Shown: in pieces, positions 37,686-49,133 of the stretch
How positions within the stretch are numbered: position 1 is the stretch's first letter
Layout of the letters: each line of letters opens with the position of its first letter
Source: Botryllus schlosseri
Lineage: Eukaryota
Direction: 5' to 3'
Assembly: GCA_051294905.1 (NCBI GenBank)
Contig: CM119372.1
Coordinates: 29,452,001 to 29,516,000 of the forward strand
DNA: 64,000 nt
Program-made: the position numbers and the translations under genes
The notes under the pieces: generated by a model
Databases searched by the model: none
Seen by the model: the letters and a program-made list of their open reading frames with translations, nothing else
What the model was told of the DNA's origin: nothing

Positions 37686-40600
37686 CCGACAAATTTTCAC
37701 TTATTTCTGACCCAACCCTAATCCTCTGTGAAGTTGACGCTTATCAAAAAAGGTGTGAAATAATTGTAAAATCCTAATCCGAAACCGATTATTTCGACTT
37801 TGGCGTAGTGCGCATTGAAATAGGATTGACAAACATGACTAGCAACTTCCCCACAGTCCCGTTTCGATATTATACACATATTGATTTGAAACAAGTAATG
37901 TAACATTACAACTCTATTCACGATCCTGCTTTCCGTTTGTCAAAGAGATATTTTAACATCTTACCATGCTCAAAAGAATTGTTCACAACATTAACAATTG
38001 TTAAAAATCTAGTTTCACTTACTTGATTATATCACTACAACTCATAAATTTGAATTAATTCATCCTGGTTGTACTCGTATGATCGGTCTTTTTTTATTCG
38101 ATTGTAAAGCTAGTTACTATTCTGAAGACAAAGTATTTACTAATCGGTGCATATACGATTTGACTTGAACATATTATATTTTGAGTATACGAGATTTGAA
38201 TGTCTGAACAATAACTGAGAAATAATTTATCACAATTAAATCCGTATATTACAGCGTAAAAGATATTTGAATGTCAGCAACTCGGTAAGGTCATAGTTAC
38301 TACCACATTACCTAATTTACCCGACCAACTCGTCATGATCATTCCCGAAATCAACACAAACATGACTACTGACTTGAGTTAACCACAAAACAGCATCAAG
38401 TTTTAAATCCACTTGTAGCTTACGGCTTATTTGAATGCGGGTTATGTTCTGTTGTAATTGAGTGTACGGAAATAGTATTACGTCTCGACATCTCACCATC
38501 TTACCATATTCAAAGAGTCAACCACGAAAACATTGTCAAGTAAATCCGTTTGTAACTTACCCGACCAACTCAAACAGTATCAGTATGAAAAACAGCCAAT
38601 CATACACGAATCCATACAATCACTAAAACCTAAAATCCATAACAAGCTTGGTTGTATTCATATCCCTACACATCTTTTTTTATTCAACTTGAAAAGTCGT
38701 TACTATTCTGTAAGATAGAGGAATTACTACGCGGTATATTTTGCAAGACAAACTAATTACTACTCGGTATATTTTGTAAGACAAAAGTAATTACTTCTCA
38801 GTGTCGGCGACTTGAGATTAACATAATATGTTTGAGTATACGAGATTTGAAAGTCCGACCACCGTAGTTGAGAATTCATTTCTTACAATCGAACGATGGT
38901 GTTATATTCAAAGTTATCATGCTGTGAACATAAGGATTGACACATTGATTTGACATATGAGATTTTGTAATAGTTGATCATTACTTTATTATTAAATTAT
39001 TTGCGTTAATTAGACCCGGCGTTGTGGTAAATGTTATGACAGCAACAAACTTTTCAGTACCAATGTTATTAACATATTAAGCTGTAAAACTATGTGTGTC
39101 TGAAATGTTCTTGATAGGAAAATTACTCCACCTTGGTAAAAATCACTCTGCGTATCGCGGATATCAGAAAATATTTCCAGTAACCAAGACTAAAGATGAA
39201 ACGACAATATCGGTATTATTACATTCAACAATCAGTACAATTATTAAAATCTATCGTTTGCGATAAACAGCACTAAAGATGTAATAATTCCAGTATTCAT
39301 ACATTAAACATCCGATACAAAATGCTATATTATCCCGATTCTCAACGGGTAATTGAAACGACTAAGTGTAGATTCAGCATATCACAATATCGTTACTGTT
39401 GAATCCAACGATTTATTGTCGGAATTTGTGACAGAGAATTGAAACATATGCACTTTACAGAGTGTGAAAATATCACTTTGAGTATCGATTACCGTTCGAA
39501 GCTAGCGATCAATTCTTAATCATTTCAGTAACTCCCCATTGTGCGTGCTAAATGTAAAATATCGCGAGGTTATACACTCTAAGACTTTGATTATTGCAAA
39601 AGTAAATTGTGATATGTTTGTTAGATGCATCCAATTCAACTAGAAGTGTCTAGTGCCCAACACTCGTAATATCAAAAAAGTACTTGCTACACTGTTATTT
39701 GCTAAACGTGTTTTGCATTGTTGTTCATTTCTAGTATTGATTGAAATCATTCTCGAACCCTCAAATAATAATTCCCGACATGAAACCAAGCCGCTGAAAG
39801 TCGTTACCATCACGAAGAAACAATGTGTACGATGTTTGTCAAATGTGTCCTACCTGACCAACAGAAAACAATTTTCACTCACTCGAAATGAAACCAATGT
39901 GATGGTCTCCATTCGATATTTTGTTTGTGTCAAATACTTTGCAATGAACACATTTGCGTGGTTGAGCTTTACATCATCAAGCTGTTATTTGTAAATCAAG
40001 ATTTCGGTAAACTTGTAAATGCATCGTTTAACTAACCGACATTTAGTGATTGGGGAACATACCAAACGATACACATCCATCTCTGAAATACTGCATTGAT
40101 CTTAATTTCCATCATCGTGATAATCGAAGTACATTTCTTTCGAATTCGTAACAACCGGTGTTTCTACGACACGATAAATTTTTGACAAGTTATGCTTAGA
40201 AGATTGGTTGCATATCGCGAAAAAAATAATATACCACTCATATTGATACAGAACTAGTACTAACAGAAACATCAGAGAGTTGTTTACACAAAAGTTTGTA
40301 TGTGTACAGTATGCGAATACCATGTGTAAGTCCAGCACAATTGCAGTATCCATCCGAGTTTAGTTAACACAAATTTATTACAACGGAGCCACGTAAACTT
40401 TCGTGAAAGAAAAGCATACTCACTTCCAGAGGGTTATGTCAACACCATAGCAGTAAATCAGCTACTCCAACAACAAAGTACATATGTTTCTAGCCACGGT
40501 CCTTACATCTTTCACATAGATCAATCTACTTTGCTAACGAAAAGTGCTGAGTCATCACATGATCGCCCTCACAACAAAACAGCTAGTAGATATTATCATT

Positions 40601-42249
40601 CAAAATATTCCTAACCCTTTACACACCAGTGACAAATCATACAACGAATATGTTTTGTGGGTCGAATTGTTGTTCAGTGTCAAGTCTACCTGTTGAAACG
40701 TACATTAAAACAGCGCAATTCAATTAAAACCACGAATCTATTTTCATTTCCTCACAAACTGTCACATACAGAAAAATAAATTTTATTCTGCCAAAACATA
40801 CTTGTAACCAAGCGCTTTCATTAAACACACAACACCATAAAAGTATTTACTTTCTACAACATAGACATTCCGATGTAGTCAAGAAATATTTTTATTAATC
40901 AAAATCATCGACTTCTGTTTACGGCGTTAGTGTGTGCATGTCATACATGTGGGCCCCGTATTAAAATGGACACGACACGACTGAATGTAAGGGGGGTAGA
41001 AGTCTATCACATCGATTTACATGTGGTCTTCGCTACGGTTTCAAAAAACGAATCATCTATTTTGCATTGGTCGAGACCGAGCGAACCAGTTACATGTATT
41101 CGCGGTAATGATTTTGCTTATCATATGCGAATGATAGGATTGCTACTCCGACAAATCAAATCAACATACAACAATCTTCTGACGATCATAATAGCAATTT
41201 CATTTTCCGACCCTTCATAATTGTATACGCACGAAAAGTATATTGTACAACTCGGTAACTACATTTAACAAGACCAATCACACTACCAGCGTTGAACACA
41301 AGATACCTACCCAAGTAAAAATATCATTCTGGTTTGGACAACTGACGTTTACCTGTGTAAAATTATCATTTTCACTTGGAGGTCCACCGTTACCTAACTA
41401 AAATACCATTGTCCTTTGGAGATTTATCGTTTACACAGTGTAACAAACCCCTTTTCACTTGGAAATCTATTTTTACCCAGTGTAACAAACCCCTTTTCCT
41501 TTGGAAATCTATTTTTTCCTTGAGCAACAAACCTTTTTCACTTGGAAATCTATTTTTTCTCTGGGTAACAAACCTTTTTCACTTGGAAATATATTTTTTT
41601 CCCCGGGTAACAAGCCTTTTTCGTTTGGAAAACTATCATTTACCTGAGTACCAATACCGTTTTCACTTGGAAATCTATCTTTTCCCTCGGTAACAATACC
41701 ACTTTCGTTTTAAAAACTGACAACCACACCGGACAATTTGATATTTTTGTATATTGTTACAACGGGCAGCGACAAAATATACACCAACAACGATTCCAAT
41801 ACATTTGTGTAATCGCATATTCACTTGTTCTGGTGCACCCCATCAAAATCCTCAGTTACCCACATGCAATATGTTGTACATCAACGTGTATGTTTTGGAA
41901 ATTGGACAATAGGTTTCGACGTGTCTGTGATGTCCGGGTTCGTGCTTTGGATTTTACAGAGTCAAAATGTCTGAATAAAACACCACCTCGACTTCGGTAA
42001 ATGTTTGGCACACAGATAACGGTGGTCGGAAATCGAGGAATTTATGTTTCCGTCAGGCTAACACCGCCGGGCTACTTGTGATTTATCTCACATGTGTTTA
42101 CTGTGTTGTGTCGCTCTTTATTGACCAATACATACCACACCACTCAGTTGAAATCGGAAACCCCGAGAAAGTATTAACCGGATCCGGATATCAACTCTGA
42201 ATCGGTAAACCATATTCAAGTAAACATGCCACATGCCTCCGTGAAAATA

Positions 42250-42467
42250 ACAAGACATCGCACAAATCAAGTATACCACGTGTGGAATTCTACGTTATGC
42301 ATCGGCTTGAAAACCTCTTGATAATTATTGTAACATTATACGACCCTGGATACACTTGGTTTAATCATTGATGTCGCATGCCTAATCAGCTTTGCAACAA
42401 AAGTAGTCTTCCCACTTCTTGAAGGACCACTCACAATACACGCGAATGGGTGGATCAATTCCATCAT
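42250..42467 (-). pseudogene. Truncated Polinton DNA-packaging ATPase (FtsK/HerA, A32-like), N-terminus only
   Basis: Manual translation from the ATG at 42467: MMELIHPFACIVSGPSRSGKTTFVAKLIRHATSMIKPSVSRVV*CYNNYQEVFKPMHNVEFHT. Walker A in the HPF..IV.GP..SGKT.FV context typical of Polinton ATPases; in-frame stop; no Walker B follows. Confidence 0.88.
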
Positions 42468-42510
42468 TTGTTGTTTATTGAAAACTCGATAAAGTGCATT
42501 TGTTTATATA

Positions 42511-42979
42511 TCAACAAGGTTGGGAATATCCACTGTTGTAGTCATCTTGTTCTAGCGGAATATATAATCCCAGTAGAGTTCGATTTAACAATTTTCCGCG
42601 GGTTATGAAATCTTCATCTGTCCCTCGTAATTTCGTCAGCGGAAGTTGTAGTGTTACGAACGCTTTATTCAGATCGTCAAGCAGCTGATCCCAATCTGTA
42701 AAATAATAAATCACATAAGAGGATTCATAACACGAGAGGATTCATAGCACTTTAAAATCTAACAGCGTTACTATAACAACTATAGACCTCACCTTTTGAA
42801 CACTCTTTCAAATCTTTATGTTGTCTCGATACGCGTTGTTCGTATAATTCACGCGATATCTCTCGATTCAAATACAGCTCCACGAGGTGTACATGATCGT
42901 GGCGTTGTACAAGTGTCTTTTCGTGTAACCGAGTCAGGCCTGCTTGTTCCAGAACAGATATTATGTAATCACTAGCCAT
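42511..42979 (-). CDS. Unknown Polinton protein, predicted 2 exons (42979-42793, 42695-42511), 123 aa; paralog of 43078-43626
   Basis: A 97-nt intron AAAG|GTGAGG...TTATTTTACAG|AT joins ORF-track entries 42752..42991 and 42511..42714 in frame; the spliced product aligns without gaps to the neighbouring ORF across the junction. Confidence 0.72.
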
Positions 42980-43077
42980 CTGTAAAAACAAGACACAGAT
43001 ATCAGGAAATATTGTTACTAAAATGTTTTAGTTACAAGTTGACATTTCGAAAACACCCACAGATTGTAAACAAAGTT

Positions 43078-43626
43078 TCACCTAAAACTATCAGTGTTCA
43101 CCACAAGATTATGTTCACAGCGACCAAGGGAATCATGTTTGCAAAAATCATCTGTTGTAGTATCGCTACTTTCAGAGTCAGAACGAGGCCGTTTCAAACT
43201 GTTTGCGACTCGATGTTGATCAAGGAAAAATTGGAATTTTCGATGTCGCTTGCGGGTTCTCAAGTAGGCTTGTCTCTCTTCGTGACCGAAAAGCGGTATC
43301 CACGCACAATTTTTTCCCAAGACCACATAATTTGTCAGCTTTGCTCTGTTGAATAGGATGTGGTTATCACTCGGCGTCTTTCGATCAGGAAATTGTAGTT
43401 GAAGTAGCGCTTCTATGCAGACACTTCGGACACGGATCCATTTCTCGTCTAGTTCCTGCCGGCGCGCCTTGGATCGATCGGGTATCGTGCGGTCTTGTGA
43501 GTTGTCGTCGGTACCGTGAATCAAGAGTTGTGTTAATTCCTGCTCCAGTTCAAGCGTCTCTAAGTGTAAACTATTTAAATCTAATTCGGACATTACTGAC
43601 TCAATATATGAAATAGCGTTATCCAT
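43078..43626 (-). CDS. Unknown Polinton protein (~182 aa from MDNAISY), helical, with basic then acidic C-terminal stretches
   Basis: Open frame directly downstream of pPolB; the ATG at 43626 is immediately preceded by TTTTCCAG; basic patches RTRKRHRK and KRPR; has an adjacent paralog. Confidence 0.75.
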   Translation of the reverse strand: MDNAISYIESVMSELDLNSLHLETLELEQELTQLLIHGTDDNSQDRTIPDRSKARRQELDEKWIRVRSVCIEALLQLQFPDRKTPSDNHILFNRAKLTNYVVLGKNCAWIPLFGHEERQAYLRTRKRHRKFQFFLDQHRVANSLKRPRSDSESSDTTTDDFCKHDSLGRCEHNLVVNTDSFR

Positions 43627-43738
43627 CTGGAAAACAAATGACACATTAGCACATAAAAAGTACAAGTAAATCATAATAATAGCAGACACACAGATAAAAT
43701 ACAATAGCACACAAAATAACAATTACGTCACAATGGTA

Positions 43739-46576
43739 TTACACATTCAATGGCAGGGTTGACACACCATCCTCGAGCACTCGACGTTTGGCATAGAAAT
43801 AGGAAAATGTTTTACGCTGTTGTTTGTACGTATAGACACCTCCATCTCTGCACCGAAACCCCTTGTTCACTCCTCCGACAGATTGCCTAGATGTCAAGAC
43901 ACCCAGCAAAGTTTCGAAATCGATTGGGTTGGATTTCCGGAGACCTTTGGAAGCCAATTTTTTCTTTGGACCATCACAAAAGTAATTTTTGGATTGGAGA
44001 CCGCAGAAAGATGTACCACCTTCATACTCCACTTTCATCAAACCCGGTTGACGAAGGTAATATGCATACGTGTCTTTGCAACACTGCCTCGAGCGATCAA
44101 AAGAAACCGGATCAGTCAGAAACTCAGCTCGGTGTTCGTCACAAAAATAGCGTGGAAACCAGTTCTCGTATTCAAGATAAAATTCATCCCTTTTCTCGGG
44201 GATAAGAATATCATCGAATGAGGCTGAATGCGAAAGATAGAGGGAGTCTGTGTCCATCATTAATAGCATGAAGGACTCGTCACGGAAATATTTACACAAG
44301 CAATCATAAAAAAACGACAGCATCTTGAGCTTAGCATTGTTATACACCCAGAATCCCACTTGAATACAGTTACCCCACTTGATCGTTTTAGGTCGCTTCG
44401 TTATTTCAAATAGATCGGCGTTCAATTCGTCATATTTCACAAAAAAACGATCCTTCACGTGGGTGCCGAATTCACTTTTATCGCAGTAGGAGGTTCGTTT
44501 GAATTTACGTGGGTTCATCAAGACGCGGCCATAGCTGCTGTTTCCGGCTAATTTTTGTGTCAGGGCGATGATCTCTAGGCTAGGGTCGCGGTCCCCAGCT
44601 CGTCGACAATCTGAGACATTTTTCGCAAAGTTGTCAAAACAGGTCTTTTTTGTGAATTCGACCGCCTCATGAATTTTGGATATAATCAACCCGTACTCTA
44701 CATACCACTTGATCAAGTCGGAGGTCAACAAGATTTTCTTGCCCCAGTATGAAGCAACCAACATGCGCGTGGGTTTGGTGAGTAATTTACGATCAATGGC
44801 AAACTGTTTCATGTGACCTTTCAAATGCTCGCGAGACACCATCGTATTTTTGAATATCGGACATAGTTCAACAAACTTCCTTTGTAAATGTTTTGGCGTA
44901 AAAATATCAACTGATAAACATCCGAAGAATGTACCAGTCATTACCATCTCCATCAGTTTTTGTGCGGTGACAGACTTGGTTCGAGTCAATTGTGGTTGAA
45001 TACCATTAAGATATCGCACAATATCAGGATTTTCCTGTTTCTCCGTGTGCCAGTCGCATTCCCATTTACATATGACTTGGTAATTGAGGCTTTTGTAATA
45101 ATCATGAACACGTTTAGTCCGTTCTCGACGTTCCAAATCATCACAACCAAATCTGCACTGATGTGCATGAAAATGACATCCAAGAAAAGACAAGATTACC
45201 CCTTGACCAGCTGAATTACGATAGAACCCATCAGCAGGATAATTACGAGCTCCTACGCGGATTTCAGGTCCATTAAAAACATGGTGGACATGTACATTGT
45301 GGGTATACGAATACCAGTTTAACCATTGAGCTGCTGTCTCCCCCCATTTCGGTGCGGTCTTTACAGGTTTGAATTTAGTACACTCAGCATCGAGTGGTTG
45401 CCAATGCACCGGGAAACCGGTTGGACTAGGTTCACTCAAAGCAAAAAGGTATAGCGAATTGCTGTCCAGCCCTGTTATATGTTGGGTAATCTGAGCGTTT
45501 TCCTTATAAAAATATTCTTTGATTCGAGTTTCACCCTGTTTTTGATATCGATGAAAAATGACTGACGGTCCACCCACTAAATTGTCTCTGAATAGCGAAA
45601 CCAGATCCTGGTGTTTATCGTTGAACAAGGTGAAATCACGCGGAATGCTATTAAAAAGATGCCTCGATACAACCCCAGGCAGAGAGACAGCTTCTTTGAA
45701 TATATCCACACTGAATTGACTTTTGAAAGATTGAAATTGTTTTTCTAACCCCTCAATGAAGTAATGAGTATCGATTGCATTGTACCATTTGAGATAATCA
45801 CGTAAAGTAGTCATTTTGTTATCGTTCCAAACCTTCAAACAGTTTTCATATTCGGCTGTGGATATATTACGACCCTTTAGCGAGCTGTAGAAGTCGCTGT
45901 GACTAGGTGGACTCGGATAATCTAGCTTTTCCAAACTAGTCAGAAACTCATACGGAAAATGACCTTTAGCGGCGCTACATTTGAAGGCTTTCAAATAAGC
46001 ATCGTACGAGAACCCGGGTGCCAAGTAATTTACAATGTCCAAGAATTTCAGTCTGTTGGTTGTCAAAGAGAGGAAGTTGTTACCTCGTTTCAATACATTC
46101 AGATTTTCATCAACGAGTAAACCCATCAAGTACTCTTTGAGACAGTTCAAGTCATACCGACCGCCATTGAACGACAAAACAGGGATTTGTTTTAAATATC
46201 GCATAAACTCCTCTTGTAAACGTTCAAGTGGTATTTTTCCCTCGGTGGGGTCGAGCGCCTTCATTTCGGTAATTTTACATTCGAGCATGTTCAAGTAGTG
46301 TTGATATTCCATCTGTAACAACCTAAATGACTCACTTTGAATATCGTGAAAATGATCAACCATTTCCGCACACAAGTCGTTTGGGTCACCGTTCGAGACA
46401 ATTACATACGGTTCCAAGAACCCTTCCACATTAGAAGATATGCTAACAGAAATGGGAATATGTTTGCACTCCCATGAAGTTTTGGAGGAATCTGGAATAT
46501 CACACTTCTCAAACATACTCTCGATATCAAACGCGATACGGTATTTGAAATAACGAAGCTGGTGAGGAACGAACAC
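43739..46576 (-). CDS. polB: Protein-primed family B DNA polymerase (pPolB), exonuclease and polymerase part
   Basis: Exo I AFDIES, Exo II SFNGGRYD, KGHFPYEF, Exo III YNAIDT, motif A LDSNSLY, motif B KLAGNSSYG, motif C MDTDSL, then SKNY. Continues 46606..47580 across a -1 frameshift. Confidence 0.97.
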   Translation of the reverse strand: MFVPHQLRYFKYRIAFDIESMFEKCDIPDSSKTSWECKHIPISVSISSNVEGFLEPYVIVSNGDPNDLCAEMVDHFHDIQSESFRLLQMEYQHYLNMLECKITEMKALDPTEGKIPLERLQEEFMRYLKQIPVLSFNGGRYDLNCLKEYLMGLLVDENLNVLKRGNNFLSLTTNRLKFLDIVNYLAPGFSYDAYLKAFKCSAAKGHFPYEFLTSLEKLDYPSPPSHSDFYSSLKGRNISTAEYENCLKVWNDNKMTTLRDYLKWYNAIDTHYFIEGLEKQFQSFKSQFSVDIFKEAVSLPGVVSRHLFNSIPRDFTLFNDKHQDLVSLFRDNLVGGPSVIFHRYQKQGETRIKEYFYKENAQITQHITGLDSNSLYLFALSEPSPTGFPVHWQPLDAECTKFKPVKTAPKWGETAAQWLNWYSYTHNVHVHHVFNGPEIRVGARNYPADGFYRNSAGQGVILSFLGCHFHAHQCRFGCDDLERRERTKRVHDYYKSLNYQVICKWECDWHTEKQENPDIVRYLNGIQPQLTRTKSVTAQKLMEMVMTGTFFGCLSVDIFTPKHLQRKFVELCPIFKNTMVSREHLKGHMKQFAIDRKLLTKPTRMLVASYWGKKILLTSDLIKWYVEYGLIISKIHEAVEFTKKTCFDNFAKNVSDCRRAGDRDPSLEIIALTQKLAGNSSYGRVLMNPRKFKRTSYCDKSEFGTHVKDRFFVKYDELNADLFEITKRPKTIKWGNCIQVGFWVYNNAKLKMLSFFYDCLCKYFRDESFMLLMMDTDSLYLSHSASFDDILIPEKRDEFYLEYENWFPRYFCDEHRAEFLTDPVSFDRSRQCCKDTYAYYLRQPGLMKVEYEGGTSFCGLQSKNYFCDGPKKKLASKGLRKSNPIDFETLLGVLTSRQSVGGVNKGFRCRDGGVYTYKQQRKTFSYFYAKRRVLEDGVSTLPLNV

Positions 46577-46605
46577 CCCTTCTAAATCAAGTTTTTCAAA
46601 TATAT

Positions 46606-47580
46606 TCAGCGAGGGCTATAAACGCCACCGGGAAACACTTCAACAGGTTCTGTTGTACATTTATGTCTGGTCAATTCATACTGTAAATTGAAAAATCTTT
46701 CACAAATATCACATTGATAGCTCTCTGCGTAACGGAATATATCAGTAATTAGACAGAAGTGTGCATTTTCTAAATGTAAATACACAGGTTTCGCTTCAAA
46801 CGTGCTACGACGGAGTGCGACAGCTTTACCCTCAGTTTTTGTGTACACAACTATGGCCACATCAAACAAGACCTCGATATCGTCCAACATATCAAGAGTC
46901 ACGCCGGATTCTACATTTACACTATACACCGAAGTAAATTGTTGAGCCAAATCTTTGGTGTCTTTTCCTAGTGAGTGAGCGATACACCGAAAAGCACACA
47001 GATTGTCATTGTACAGTTTACAATTTTTTCGACGTAGCATTGTCAAGACGCATTTCGATTTTGTAAGCCATGTCGGCAGCTTAATACCAGCACAACCAAT
47101 CAGTAAATGACTCGTAGGGTATACATAAAACTGGACATTAGTCAGACAGACTGGCAGTGACTTTGTATCTGCTCGAGAGTTTTGTAACAAATCAAGTGCG
47201 GTTTCCAGGCGAATAGATTCAACAAATTCATCAAATTCAGATAGTGTTGAAATTAGCGCTGGTGTTTCTAATACACTATCGATGTTTGCCGACGCATGTA
47301 AATACCGAAATCTCAGAGTCTCGGTGTGATATAAAATGAAGCCATGTGCGTAGTTCAATTTAAAGGTATGTGACTCGGAGAAAAATATCGCTTGGATATC
47401 GCGGGAAACGTCCGATAGCTCACGATCGATGACTCTAATATTATACACGCGCCGACTCTCATTCACTACATACGATTTTATCGCTTGCCAGTTCTGTGTT
47501 AAAATTTCTTGACGTTCATCACCAATATCTGGCGGCAATTCATCTTCCTCACGGATACGGTGTCTTCTACGACGACTCAT
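46606..47580 (-). CDS. N-terminal (terminal-protein region) part of pPolB, separated from the rest by a 1-nt frameshift
   Basis: Typical Polinton pPolB N-region features (FKLNYAHGFIL, DNLCAFRCIA, YLHLENAHFCLITD, CDICERFF...LTRHKC). Ends FPGGVYSP, and the -1 frame continues SLNIFEKLDLEGVFVPHQLRY into the polymerase ORF. Joined length about 1280 aa. Confidence 0.88.
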   Translation of the reverse strand: MSRRRRHRIREEDELPPDIGDERQEILTQNWQAIKSYVVNESRRVYNIRVIDRELSDVSRDIQAIFFSESHTFKLNYAHGFILYHTETLRFRYLHASANIDSVLETPALISTLSEFDEFVESIRLETALDLLQNSRADTKSLPVCLTNVQFYVYPTSHLLIGCAGIKLPTWLTKSKCVLTMLRRKNCKLYNDNLCAFRCIAHSLGKDTKDLAQQFTSVYSVNVESGVTLDMLDDIEVLFDVAIVVYTKTEGKAVALRRSTFEAKPVYLHLENAHFCLITDIFRYAESYQCDICERFFNLQYELTRHKCTTEPVEVFPGGVYSPR

Positions 47581-48053
47581 CTGTAACATTGTATTCGATT
47601 TTAATTTCACACTCCCGCTAATTAACGAGATAGTAATACCTACTTATCTTTTTCTTTGAAATCTTGATTACTTTTCACCTGGTAAACAAAGAAACAACCC
47701 TCCTTAAATTATATTCACCACGTTGTGGTTTGAAACAGAGCTTACCGATGCAATATGATCCGTGATTGTACTTGATTCTTCTGTATCTGTTTCGACGAAA
47801 CAAAAAACATCAGGTTAGCACAAACTTTAGTTTTGAATTAGATCAGTGTATACTTACACATGTATTGACAATATATCCACAAGTGTAGATTTCACCTCCT
47901 CTCGCCACAACGATCAGGTGGAGAAGACCGATTTGACTGCTTCTGGATTAATCTAGTGTTCACGATTTCAGATCGTTTGTAAGCCTATTATCTGTAATTT
48001 CAAACACAAACACATGAACATTTACATGCAAACAATCAAAGCAATACACTGAA

Positions 48054-48899
48054 TCACAAATCGTATTTCAAGGTATTTCTAATTGGTAAGAGTTGGTTCA
48101 GGTATTGTTCAGTTGCATCGTTCAATTGATTCTGAATCTGTTCAAAATCACTGCGTTCAATAGCCGATGCCAATAGCTTTTTTATTTCAATAAGGATTTT
48201 CCGGATGGAAGGCTTCTTCTTTTCCGTAAGGGAATCAATGAAACCTAGAATCATCGCTAGGTGTGGTCTGATCACATCAAGAGTTTTGAGGTGATCTCGA
48301 ATTTTATTGACAGTGTACAGACATATTTTCTCTTCCTGTCGTCTCGCCCTCGACCGTTTTCTATCCCCACCGCCTTTTACGAGTTTTTGTTTCAATTTAG
48401 AGAGGCGTATCTTTTTACATGGTGGTGGACTGGTTTGTGGCGAGGTCGCGGGTACATCTCGCTTTCTAGAGTTTGATGGTTTCTCGGTCGGGGTCTGTGG
48501 TTTTGGTAGATCAGAAAATAGCCTTCGAGAGGTCGTCGGTTTTTCACTCGGTGCCGCGGGTCGAATTCTAGATTTTGGAAAAGGTTTACGAGGAGTTGGC
48601 TGTTTCTCGATCGGTAACATAACTGAAGTTGTCGGCTCATCCTGAAGGGCTAAGTTCGAAGCCGAGGTTGTCGGTTTGTCAACTGCGACTCCTGATTCCA
48701 ACCATGCCTGTAGTGTGATGTCACGGTCAGGCGGATGGTTTTCAACTGTGGAATCACACTCAACGACCTCTATCGTTGGAGCAAGGAGGTCTTCGGGTAG
48801 GAGACCTTCCAAAAAACCCGCATCCTCTTCGAATCGCTGCTCAAAAGAATTCACTTCATACCCGAGGTTATTAAATCTGTTCAACTGAGCCTGAGCCAT
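48054..48899 (-). CDS. Unknown Polinton protein (~281 aa): acidic N-terminus, PTTS-rich linker, NLS-like basic motifs, helical C-terminus
   Basis: Long open frame co-oriented with pPolB; repeats DKPTTS/DEPTTS/EKPTTS/EKPSNS; PPPCKKIRL and RKRSRARR. Confidence 0.78.
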   Translation of the reverse strand: MAQAQLNRFNNLGYEVNSFEQRFEEDAGFLEGLLPEDLLAPTIEVVECDSTVENHPPDRDITLQAWLESGVAVDKPTTSASNLALQDEPTTSVMLPIEKQPTPRKPFPKSRIRPAAPSEKPTTSRRLFSDLPKPQTPTEKPSNSRKRDVPATSPQTSPPPCKKIRLSKLKQKLVKGGGDRKRSRARRQEEKICLYTVNKIRDHLKTLDVIRPHLAMILGFIDSLTEKKKPSIRKILIEIKKLLASAIERSDFEQIQNQLNDATEQYLNQLLPIRNTLKYDL

Positions 48900-49133
48900 G
48901 ATCAACACTAAATCGAGGTATACTGATTACCGGTTGATGTTCGAATAAGCAAGTAGGATTTACCAGCTGAATGACCACCTATTTATTCAAAAAACGACTT
49001 CCTACCACCACCTTCTTCCTTTTCGGCGTCGTGTTACTCTGTTTATTATAACAACCTTATTTCCAAATTCCAAAATGTATGATCACTTAATCACCGGGGA
49101 TTATTTTTACAGTTTTTGCAATAACCACCCAAA

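Noticed and set aside
43627..43722. Hydrophobic N-terminal extension (MLFCVLLYF...) of ORF 43078..43722 as a signal or TM segment
   Set aside because: Starts at a non-ATG codon in T-rich intron-like sequence ending TTTTCCAG; paralog similarity begins at the ATG at 43626.
43820..48888. Plus-strand ORFs overlapping pPolB and the 48-kb gene
   Set aside because: Antisense shadows of real minus-strand genes with no motifs.
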